A DNA stretch of 64,000 nt from Nitrosopumilus sp. (GTDB taxonomy: Archaea; Thermoproteota; Nitrososphaeria; Nitrososphaerales; Nitrosopumilaceae): the NCBI GenBank assembly GCA_965205425.1, contig CBDBGZ010000009.1:288001-352000 (forward strand). The letters are read 5' to 3'. The notes under the pieces were generated by a model. It saw nothing but the letters and a program-made list of their open reading frames with translations. It was not told the DNA's origin and ran no database searches. How positions within the stretch are numbered: position 1 is the first letter of the stretch; each line of letters begins with the position of its first letter. Shown piece by piece: positions 1 to 8,043 of this stretch. A program made the translations under genes and the position numbers.

Positions 1-85
1 TAATCTGTTCAATTAAGCTAGTTACAGTATTGTTAAGAGAATTTTGAATTCCACTAGAATCTAGTTGAAGTGGAACGTTTTGCAT
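1..85 (-). CDS. 5' part of a CDS running off the window start (MQNVPLQLDSSGIQNSLNNTVTSLIEQI...), function unknown
   Basis: ATG at 85-83 on the minus strand, open to position 1; AT-rich TATA-like sequence upstream at about 106-112. Confidence 0.5.
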   Translation of the reverse strand, partial: MQNVPLQLDSSGIQNSLNNTVTSLIEQI

Positions 86-203
86 GTTATCAGTTAACAA
101 ATTTGTTTAAAAATGATTACGAATTGGAAATTTGGAAATATTTTTGATAGGCTCAATTACTTTCAAAATCTTTAACCTCTTTATGCCCAAACATCATAAT
201 CGA

Positions 204-271
204 TGTGCAGAGTGATGATTAGGTCATCTGAATTGTATGAAGAAATATGACCTGGGGTATCTGACTGCATA
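204..271 (+). ncRNA. Candidate box C/D (kink-turn) small RNA
   Basis: Terminal stem TGCAG(206-210)/CTGCA(265-269); box C GTGATGA 212-218; D' CTGA 228-231; C'-like ATGAAGA 237-243; box D CTGA 261-264; TTTATG TATA-like box at 180-185. Confidence 0.55.
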
Positions 272-301
272 ATTGGTTATTTACTAATCACCTTGCTATT
301 A

Positions 302-326
302 ATAGTACGGTACCATACCGTACTAT
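302..326. promoter_or_regulatory. Perfect 11-bp inverted repeat (ATAGTACGGTA-cca-TACCGTACTAT), putative operator
   Basis: Lies between TATA-like TATTAATA (297-304) and the ATG at 327. Confidence 0.6.
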
Positions 327-434
327 ATGATTCAATGTGAATACTGTCCACAAGGGTTTATTGAAACAGCAAATGGGTTGGCTGAAAAGACATTTCATGA
401 ATTACTTCATGAACCAGAAGTTGTAAACAAGTAA
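327..434 (+). CDS. 35-aa microprotein with CxxC...HxxxH (C2H2-like zinc finger)
   Basis: Manual translation MIQCEYCPQGFIETANGLAEKTFHELLHEPEVVNK*; TATA-like box about 23 bp upstream. Confidence 0.6.
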   Translation: MIQCEYCPQGFIETANGLAEKTFHELLHEPEVVNK

Positions 435-495
435 CTCTTTACATTTTTTATTTTACACCTAACTTTTTTATCTTTAAATTTTTAATTGAATTTAC

Positions 496-2013
496 ATGGC
501 TACTAAGACGGCAAAAAAGAAAACAACAGTCAAAGTAAAAAAAGTTACAAAAAAAGAGCCTGCTCCATCAGTATTGTTAAAAAAAGTTGCATCAGTTTCA
601 GACTCTAACAAAGCATTACAAAAAGAGATCAAAGTAATGTCAAAAATCTTTGGTGAAAATCAAAAAGTTCTAGTTTCCATGAAAGGTATGATTGACACAT
701 TATCTTCAACATTAGAATATATTCAAAAACAATCAAAGCAAATCAACATTATAGAAGATGACACTCAAAAATTATACGCAGGGTTAAGCCAAGTAAGAAC
801 ACAATCAAATCTAGTTACTAAAATTAATGATCAAACATCAAAATTAGAAAAAGAAATTAGTAGAATTTCTGAATTACAAAAAGCATCAAAATCTCAAGAA
901 TTATCTAAACAAGTAGAAGATAGTATGAATTCAATTCAAAACAATTCTCAGATGATCATCAAAATTGCACAAAGAATTGATGAAGTAAGAGATGATTTAA
1001 GAAAAGTTTCAGGAAAAACAGATTCATTCTTAGAAATTGGTTCAGAGATGGATAATCTAAAAAGTACAATAGATGAAATTTCAGGAAAAACTTCAAAATT
1101 AGACACAGGTTCTCAAATAATTGAAAGTCTTAAACAAGAATTTGGAAGAATTACTGAAGGGGTATCATCTACATCAAACCTCAATGCAGAATTAGATGCA
1201 ATTAAAATTACAATTGACGCCATATCATCAAAAGCATCAAAAATTGATTCATTAGGAGGGGTAATTGACGGTCTTAAACAGCAATTTGAAACCATAGCAT
1301 CTAAAGCAGGTTCAGTAGATAATTTGAGCCTAGAATCTATCAAAGATTTAGGAGGGAAAATTGACAAGATTGAAACTGAAATTGGTTCCCTTGCTCAGAG
1401 AGCAGACTCAACAGCATTTGTTGGAGAAGGGCTAAAATCAGTCCAAGAAGAATTTTCAAATTTCAAACAGAATGTCTTTGATAAAACTAACAGTATTGAA
1501 CAGAAAATATCCTCAGTTTCAGATACTCTGCAAAGACAAGATGAATCTACAATTGAATTCCATAAAAAATCTGAAAAATTATTTGAAGAGTTACAATCAG
1601 TCAAAAATGTTACAAACAAAGCATCTAGTGATTCATCTAAAGAAATGATGGCATTACTAAAACTATCAGAGTATCAATCAAATATCAGAATGAATGCAGA
1701 ATCAAAATACGGAGTCTCTAAAGATATTGAAAAAATGGCATCCCAAACTGCAGATATAGTAAATCTGTTTGATAGAATTTCTATTGAGTCAGGAGAGAAA
1801 ATTCCATTGCCTCATGAAGTAAGACAATGGGCGGTAAGTAAAATATTAGATTGCGCAGATAAATGGGAAATTAGATTTAGTGATGTATATTCAATTTTGA
1901 CTAATGTAATAGGTAGAGATATGCTAAAAGAAGCAATTAGAATTCAACAGGTTAGAGACATTTACGGAATTAGAGCAGTAGATGAAATTAGAAAAGATCT
2001 AAATATTTCTTAA
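496..2013 (+). CDS. Long coiled-coil protein with Lys-rich N-terminus
   Basis: 505-aa ORF with heptad-rich sequence. Confidence 0.75.
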   Translation: MATKTAKKKTTVKVKKVTKKEPAPSVLLKKVASVSDSNKALQKEIKVMSKIFGENQKVLVSMKGMIDTLSSTLEYIQKQSKQINIIEDDTQKLYAGLSQVRTQSNLVTKINDQTSKLEKEISRISELQKASKSQELSKQVEDSMNSIQNNSQMIIKIAQRIDEVRDDLRKVSGKTDSFLEIGSEMDNLKSTIDEISGKTSKLDTGSQIIESLKQEFGRITEGVSSTSNLNAELDAIKITIDAISSKASKIDSLGGVIDGLKQQFETIASKAGSVDNLSLESIKDLGGKIDKIETEIGSLAQRADSTAFVGEGLKSVQEEFSNFKQNVFDKTNSIEQKISSVSDTLQRQDESTIEFHKKSEKLFEELQSVKNVTNKASSDSSKEMMALLKLSEYQSNIRMNAESKYGVSKDIEKMASQTADIVNLFDRISIESGEKIPLPHEVRQWAVSKILDCADKWEIRFSDVYSILTNVIGRDMLKEAIRIQQVRDIYGIRAVDEIRKDLNIS

Positions 2014-4074
2014 TTATTCTTCATCGGTTTTATTGAGTTGTTCTTTCTTTCTTTTTAATGCAGCAAAGATTCCAATAATTGCGGCAATCCAAATTGCACT
2101 TAACATCATATTTGCAGGACTAACATACATGAATGGAGTTGCATCCATAATGTTAATTCTTAATTTTAATGATCTATCGTTAATATCTTCCATTCCAGTT
2201 GAATAAGCAGCATTATCTTTTGAGAGAGAAGACATTTCATCAAGATCTAAAAGCATTGTTGCTATATTATTTTGAATTCTAATAAAGTTAGTAGATTCTG
2301 TTCCAAATATCCAAACAGGATTTTTTGAGATTATTTTACCTTCAGAATCCAATGTTTCAGGCAGATTTGCCATTACAACATCCAAATCCTGCTGTATTGC
2401 CACTAAATGATTACGAATGGTTTCAGGATCTGATGAAGATACAACTCCATCAAGATTTCCTCGGATTTTATCAAGTGGATAAATATCAGAATTATAACCA
2501 GAAAATGCCATATATCCTCCAAAAATAATAATTGCTAGTATTCCAATCATGGAAAGTTTGTAAACAGTATTTGCCATCTTTTCTTTCTTAGTTTTTGGTC
2601 GATTATCACTTGATTTATTTCTTTTAAATCGGGTATGAGCCAAACTCAGGTACGCAATGAAAAAAAAGCCAATGGTTTGAAGGGTGATGATTGGTACAAA
2701 TACAGGATTATTTGAAAAAATTGCAATAAAAATTCCCATAATTCCATAAACTCCAAAAAATATTTCTAGCAGAGTTGTTTGTGTAAATGGTAAATTATAC
2801 GCCTTGTCTTTCCAATCATCTTTTTTTGTGACAATTCCATATTTGGGAGTTCTGTGAAATTCATTTTTCTTACCAAGTATTGCATCAAATACTGCTACGG
2901 TATTATTAACAGACATACCAGCATTATAGATGAGTAATGCCGGAAGTAATTTGGCTTTAGATTTCCATGACTTGTTATACATTCCCTGAATCACTAAAAC
3001 ATATGCACCAGGTCCCATTGCAAGATATGTTGCAATTGTCAATGCAGGTAGGACACTTACAACATAAAGATTGATTTGTGCAGCTAGCAATACAGGTAAT
3101 GACAAAAATTGTATTAGCACTAGAGGATAAACAATATGACGAGTAAGCTGAATGAATGCCTGGATTTTAGCTTCAATAGCAACATGACGTTTTAGAGCAA
3201 CATCAGAAAGTAATTTTATTGCACATTGTATTGATCCTTTTGCCCAACGGAATTGTTGTCGTTTAGCACCATTCATTTGAGCGGGTAATTCAGCATCAAC
3301 TACAATATCAGGCAAAAACAAACATTTCCAACCTTTCATTTGTGCTCTATAACTTAGATCAAGATCTTCTACGAGTGTAGCAGTATGCCAACCTCCAGCA
3401 TCTTCAATGCAGTCACGTCTCCAAATACCTGCAGTTCCGTTAAAATTCATGAAAAGGTGAGAATTACTTTTAGCTTTCTGCTCCACAAGGAAATGAAAAT
3501 CAATGCTGAGTGCTTGTACTTGAGTAATTGTAGAATAATTTTCATTGACATGCCCCCATCTGCATTGAACTAAACCAATGCTTGATTTTGCAAAATGAGG
3601 TATTGCTCGTTTAAGAAACCAAGTAGGGGGAATAAAATCAGCATCAAATATTGCAACAAGTTCTGTATCAGTTGTTTTCATTGCATGTTTTAAGGCACCT
3701 GCTTTGTACCCTTTTCTTGTTCCACGTCTCACATGTTCAATTTGATATCCTTCTTTTTTGTAATCAGCAACGACACCACTAAGTAATTCAACAGTGTCAT
3801 CATCTGAATCATCACATACCATTATTTTCATTTTATCTTTTGGATAATCCATGTGACAAACCGCATCAACAAGTCGTTGTGCCACATACTTTTCATTGTA
3901 AATTGGCAATTGTATAGTAACAGTTGGAGTCCCCCAATCAATTGTAGGATGGGATTCTTTTCTTGTTCTTGAAAGAAATGCAAGATAGTAGAAATTTACA
4001 GTATATGCTGTAATGATAATTGCTGATAAAATAAACAAATCAAATACAAACGAAGTAAAAGGATTAACTGCCAT
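2014..4074 (-). CDS. Processive GT2 glycosyltransferase (cellulose synthase-like) with membrane domain
   Basis: QLPIYNE, DDSDD, KAGAL, FDADF, EDLDL and QQFRW motifs; several TM helices. Confidence 0.9.
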   Translation of the reverse strand: MAVNPFTSFVFDLFILSAIIITAYTVNFYYLAFLSRTRKESHPTIDWGTPTVTIQLPIYNEKYVAQRLVDAVCHMDYPKDKMKIMVCDDSDDDTVELLSGVVADYKKEGYQIEHVRRGTRKGYKAGALKHAMKTTDTELVAIFDADFIPPTWFLKRAIPHFAKSSIGLVQCRWGHVNENYSTITQVQALSIDFHFLVEQKAKSNSHLFMNFNGTAGIWRRDCIEDAGGWHTATLVEDLDLSYRAQMKGWKCLFLPDIVVDAELPAQMNGAKRQQFRWAKGSIQCAIKLLSDVALKRHVAIEAKIQAFIQLTRHIVYPLVLIQFLSLPVLLAAQINLYVVSVLPALTIATYLAMGPGAYVLVIQGMYNKSWKSKAKLLPALLIYNAGMSVNNTVAVFDAILGKKNEFHRTPKYGIVTKKDDWKDKAYNLPFTQTTLLEIFFGVYGIMGIFIAIFSNNPVFVPIITLQTIGFFFIAYLSLAHTRFKRNKSSDNRPKTKKEKMANTVYKLSMIGILAIIIFGGYMAFSGYNSDIYPLDKIRGNLDGVVSSSDPETIRNHLVAIQQDLDVVMANLPETLDSEGKIISKNPVWIFGTESTNFIRIQNNIATMLLDLDEMSSLSKDNAAYSTGMEDINDRSLKLRINIMDATPFMYVSPANMMLSAIWIAAIIGIFAALKRKKEQLNKTDEE

Positions 4075-4127
4075 ATCCCTAATTTCACAGAATTACTAAT
4101 CGCTATTTATAGTTGCAAAAATTGCAA

Positions 4128-5075
4128 CTATTTTTGCTCATAAATTTTGATTGCTTGTGGCGGACATACACCCTCACATGCAAGACAGAAAATACAATCT
4201 GGCTCTTTAGACATTAATGGTTTCTTTTCAGATGCAGGATTTCCTGGAGAATCAAACCATTCGTATACACCTACAGGACATGCTTCAAGACATCCACCAT
4301 CTGCAATACAAATATCATAATCTACTGAAACAAACTCTCCCCATACACCCATGATACCATTACTAGTTCCTCGTCTACCCCAAGTTTTGATGGTATGTTC
4401 AGGAGCATCATATGATGCAGATGATTTCATTTTTGATTTATAGTCAACATCAATTGGTCCAGGTTTTGCTCCGTCTGGAATTTCAATTGCACTCTCATCT
4501 TCTTCTTCATCATCATCTTTAGCTTCAATTGGTTTTGGTTTTGCACCAAGAACAATTTTTGCAAGAGGAGTTAATTCTTCTAATTTTTGAATTGCTGCAA
4601 CTTCAGAGATTTTTTCAGTTTTAGCAAAGTGTGAAATCATCTTGTCAGCCAAAATGGTATTTCGTAAAATAGTATCAATGACCATTTTTGCAAAATGATC
4701 TGCTTTCTTTCTATAATCTTTGACCCAATTTGGATCACCGAATTTTTCAATTGGAAAAATTTGATAAATAATATCTACAACTTCGCCAGTTACAATTTCT
4801 ACTGTAACTGATAAGTCAACTTCTTCGTATCCTTTTGCATCAGGATCATCCATGTTTTGTTCTTTCCATCTGTATGTTGCAAAAATTCTATCTGCATACA
4901 TGTCCATTTCAAATGCTTTTTTGAGACCATCGTGAACGGATTTTAGCTCTACAATTTCTTCAAGTTTAATTGGTAATCTGAATAGTCCAAGTTTGAATCC
5001 ATGTAAAGGATACACACCTCGTTTTGCAGTTGGTGCTTCCATTGACCAAACTCGATCTTTTAGAAGTAAGGACAT
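4128..5075 (-). CDS. Ferredoxin-domain protein (unknown N-terminal domain plus C-terminal dicluster ferredoxin)
   Basis: CIADGGCLEACP and CIFCLACEGVCP motifs. Confidence 0.85.
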   Translation of the reverse strand: MSLLLKDRVWSMEAPTAKRGVYPLHGFKLGLFRLPIKLEEIVELKSVHDGLKKAFEMDMYADRIFATYRWKEQNMDDPDAKGYEEVDLSVTVEIVTGEVVDIIYQIFPIEKFGDPNWVKDYRKKADHFAKMVIDTILRNTILADKMISHFAKTEKISEVAAIQKLEELTPLAKIVLGAKPKPIEAKDDDEEEDESAIEIPDGAKPGPIDVDYKSKMKSSASYDAPEHTIKTWGRRGTSNGIMGVWGEFVSVDYDICIADGGCLEACPVGVYEWFDSPGNPASEKKPLMSKEPDCIFCLACEGVCPPQAIKIYEQK

Positions 5076-5111
5076 CTAATTTTTATGATTTTTTTTTAGA
5101 TAAAAAGGTTA

Positions 5112-5423
5112 TCAGTCGGTATCATCAGGACATGTTAATTCTCTAAGTTCTGTGTATTTTTTTTCCATTGCATCTGCGTGAATTTCCACTTGAGAGAGAT
5201 CATAGAAATCCTTTGAGAAATACCATCGGATTGGAACCCAATGTCCAATTCCATCCATATCATGGATCATGCCTTTATCGGCTTTAACATTGATTTTTTC
5301 ATCAATAGATGTTTCTTTAATTTCAAGACCTCGTTTAGTTTTATCTTCCATTATAATGTCAGATTCTCCATCTTTGATAAAATAGAAAGAACCTTTCTTT
5401 AGAACAGGAAGGTCTAAAAGCAA
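5112..5423 (-). CDS. Hypothetical protein
   Basis: 103-aa ORF directly after the sulfurtransferase gene on the same strand. Confidence 0.7.
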   Translation of the reverse strand: MLLDLPVLKKGSFYFIKDGESDIIMEDKTKRGLEIKETSIDEKINVKADKGMIHDMDGIGHWVPIRWYFSKDFYDLSQVEIHADAMEKKYTELRELTCPDDTD

Positions 5424-5424
5424 T

Positions 5425-6270
5425 TTATTTTTCCACAGGATTTCCGATCATGTTTCCCCATTCAGTCCATGAACCATCATAGTTTCGGACCTTTGGATAT
5501 CCAAGTAGATATTTCAAAACAAACCAACTGTGTGAAGAACGTTCTCCAATTCTACAATAACAAATTACATCTTTGTCTGGAGTGACACCATTTGGTTCAT
5601 AGTTTTGTCTTAATTCCTCAACTGCTTTGAACGTACCATCAGCATCATTTACTGCAGTTGCCCATGGAATGTTATTTGCATCTGGAATGTGACCTCCTCT
5701 TTGTGCATGTTCCATCGGATATTCAGGAGGTGCAGTGATTTGACCAGTAAATTCTGCAGGAGATCTTACATCAACCATTACTGTATCTTCTTTTCCTAAT
5801 GCTCGGCTAACATCAAATAGATATGCACGTAAACCCTCATCTGGAGGTTGTGCAACATAATTTGTTTGTGCTAGTTGAGGTTCATCAGTTGTGTAATCTT
5901 TACTTTCTAATTCCCATTTTTTTCTTCCACCATTCATTATCTTTAGATTTTCATGACCGTAAATTTTGAAAACCCAGAAAACAAAAGCTGCAAACCAATT
6001 GTTAAAGTCACCATAAAGAATTACTTCAGTATCTGCAGTAATTCCATTTTTTGCCATTAATGCTTCAAATTCTTTTTTGCTAATGATATCTCTTGTAACA
6101 GGATCATTAATGTCTCGTTTCCACCAGATTAAACTAGCACCATTAATGTGACCTTTTTGATATCCATTTACAGGATCATAATCAACTTCAACTAATTTTC
6201 TATTTTCATTAGGAGGATTTTGTGATACCCATTCGGTATCTACTAAAACTTCAGGATGTGCGTAACTCAT
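5425..6270 (-). CDS. Thiosulfate sulfurtransferase (two-domain rhodanese)
   Basis: GHIPDA, active-site YCRIGERS and YDGSWTEW signature. Confidence 0.93.
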   Translation of the reverse strand: MSYAHPEVLVDTEWVSQNPPNENRKLVEVDYDPVNGYQKGHINGASLIWWKRDINDPVTRDIISKKEFEALMAKNGITADTEVILYGDFNNWFAAFVFWVFKIYGHENLKIMNGGRKKWELESKDYTTDEPQLAQTNYVAQPPDEGLRAYLFDVSRALGKEDTVMVDVRSPAEFTGQITAPPEYPMEHAQRGGHIPDANNIPWATAVNDADGTFKAVEELRQNYEPNGVTPDKDVICYCRIGERSSHSWFVLKYLLGYPKVRNYDGSWTEWGNMIGNPVEK

Positions 6271-6315
6271 ATTTTTTACGGATTTGTTTTCATACTTATT
6301 TGTTTTTCCAATAAA

Positions 6316-6389
6316 GGTTCTGTTAAGTAATCAAGACCTCAACTATGGATCTTCTTCGTGTTAAGTGTCGAGACCTGAGGCTAAATTAT
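6316..6389 (+). repeat. Left terminal inverted repeat (74 bp)
   Basis: Exact reverse complement of 11906-11979. Confidence 0.97.
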
Positions 6390-6409
6390 AATTACCTGAA
6401 TGATGTAAT

Positions 6410-6646
6410 TTGAGTATGGAAAGATTTGAACAATGTAAATTTGCAGTATATTTTGACGTTCCAAATCCTCATGTGATCATACACAAAATTGGCAAACATA
6501 AGTTGGAAATTCATGGAGGTGATCATATTGTAGAAGTTGTTAGTGGTTGGGGTTATTTTGTAGAAGAACATGAAGCCAAATCTTTTGCAGAAGGAATCAG
6601 CAAAACAAGAAAAATATCCTTATCTCATTGTAAAAAATGCTATTAA
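6410..6646 (+). CDS. Small hypothetical cargo protein (His-rich, C-terminal CxxC)
   Basis: 78-aa ORF between the left TIR and the transposase stop. Confidence 0.65.
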   Translation: MSMERFEQCKFAVYFDVPNPHVIIHKIGKHKLEIHGGDHIVEVVSGWGYFVEEHEAKSFAEGISKTRKISLSHCKKCY

Positions 6647-6649
6647 ATT

Positions 6650-7756
6650 CTAAATTTTACTGGCATTTTGAATCAATGTAATCCATTTGTTATTTCCAGT
6701 TACTTTAATTCCCACCCTATCTGCGGGTGTATCCCCGTCTAAACTCATGTGTTCTCTAATGTAGTTATGGTAGAGTTGAATGCCTGTAATGGCTGATGAA
6801 TCATCTTTTTTCAATCCTCTAAATGTTTTCTCTCTATCTCTAAATTCTCCATTTAATCTTTCTTGAATATTGTTGTTGGCTACTTGGTTTCTAATATGAA
6901 TTTCCTTGATGTGTTTTGCTCTCGGATTCTTTAGTGTCCAAAATTCCTTCTTGAAAGCATCATTATAAGCTGGTAATCCGTCAGTGACAAATGTTTTAGG
7001 TATCTTTCCAGTTTTTTCTTTTCCCATCTTTAACAAGGTTCTCGCATCATGCTTGAATTTACTATTTGCCACTTCTTGAGCAATCCAAAATCTAGTGTCA
7101 TTGTCCATCATTGCAAAGAGATACTTTCTATCACCATTGATTTTTAGCCATACTTCATCTGCATGCCATTTATCGCCTACTTTTGGTGTGATGGTTTGTA
7201 GATAACTATCCATAAGTTTGATGTATTTGTTAACCCATTCATAGATAGCAACGTGTGAGAAATTAATTCCTTGTAGTTTGATAAATTTCTGAACGCCACG
7301 TAAAGATTCACCTGTAAAGTACAACTGCATTGCACTTGTGATAATCTGAGGGGTGGCATGCATTCCTTCAAACCCTAGATTGATTGAGAATTTTCTATCA
7401 CAATCCTTGCACAAATAAATCTGAATTTCCTGATTCTTGTTTTTACGTAATCCTTTCTTGATGATTTTTTGGGATTCACAGTATTTGCAACAATTACTTT
7501 CTACGGGATTTAGTGTAACGTGATTTTTAACTTCCTTTCTAATGGATAATGAGATTTCAACGCTGTGAATATGTTTACAGCAGGTTTTTCTAAAGTTATG
7601 ATCCTCGCATGAACAAGACCAGCCAAATTCAGTAGAGATAATGTCATGTTGTATCTTTCTTGATTGAGAATTAACCTTGTAATGATTTTCATCAACTCTT
7701 GTAATTTGATCTTGTTTCTTGGCTATTTCTTTACCTTTAATTTCCCTCACATTCAT
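6650..7756 (-). CDS. IS6-family-like DDE transposase with N-terminal SWIM zinc finger and Zn ribbon
   Basis: CSCEDH..CKH (SWIM), CKYC...CKDC, HTH-like region, then WHADE / VTDG / NNIQERLN catalytic motifs. Confidence 0.9.
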   Translation of the reverse strand: MNVREIKGKEIAKKQDQITRVDENHYKVNSQSRKIQHDIISTEFGWSCSCEDHNFRKTCCKHIHSVEISLSIRKEVKNHVTLNPVESNCCKYCESQKIIKKGLRKNKNQEIQIYLCKDCDRKFSINLGFEGMHATPQIITSAMQLYFTGESLRGVQKFIKLQGINFSHVAIYEWVNKYIKLMDSYLQTITPKVGDKWHADEVWLKINGDRKYLFAMMDNDTRFWIAQEVANSKFKHDARTLLKMGKEKTGKIPKTFVTDGLPAYNDAFKKEFWTLKNPRAKHIKEIHIRNQVANNNIQERLNGEFRDREKTFRGLKKDDSSAITGIQLYHNYIREHMSLDGDTPADRVGIKVTGNNKWITLIQNASKI

Positions 7757-7764
7757 GTAATTAT

Positions 7765-7821
7765 AATAACAGTACTGTTATTTATGCCTGTTGTTAACCG
7801 TCTGTTTTTAACAGATCGGTT
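7765..7821. promoter_or_regulatory. Two palindromes in the divergent transposase/regulator promoter
   Basis: Perfect 18-bp AATAACAGTACTGTTATT (7765-7782); near-perfect AACCGTCTGTT-ttt-AACAGATCGGTT (7796-7821). Confidence 0.7.
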
Positions 7822-7848
7822 TAAATACAATTAAAATTTTACAACATC

Positions 7849-8043
7849 ATGACAAGATGGGCAAGAGATGCAAAAGAATTCGATGTAAGTTTAACAAAAA
7901 GTAAGAACAAAGGAACAACAGAAAGTGTGATTTGTAGAGTTCCAGTTCCTATTTTTGAAAAGTTAGGAAAACCAAAACGATTAAATTTTAAAATTCAGGG
8001 TAAAAAAATAATTGTTGAAGGATTAAACAAGAATGGAAAATAG
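7849..8043 (+). CDS. AbrB/MazE-like swapped-hairpin DNA-binding protein
   Basis: 64 aa; CRVPVPIFEKLG..KRLNFKIQGKKIIVE matches the AbrB-type pattern. Confidence 0.7.
   Translation: MTRWARDAKEFDVSLTKSKNKGTTESVICRVPVPIFEKLGKPKRLNFKIQGKKIIVEGLNKNGK

Noticed and set aside
244..264. Partial complementarity of the candidate sRNA guide to the conserved 16S rRNA AGAUACCC region
   Set aside because: Match is short, overlaps box D, and the rRNA sequence is not in the window
6369..6380. BsaI (GAGACC) and Bsu36I (CCTGAGG) sites in the TIR suggesting a synthetic construct or the RM target
   Set aside because: Short sites can occur by chance; GAGACC is part of the repeated TIR motif, and IS6-type ends with a TSD fit natural transposition. 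Nothing links these sites to the MTases
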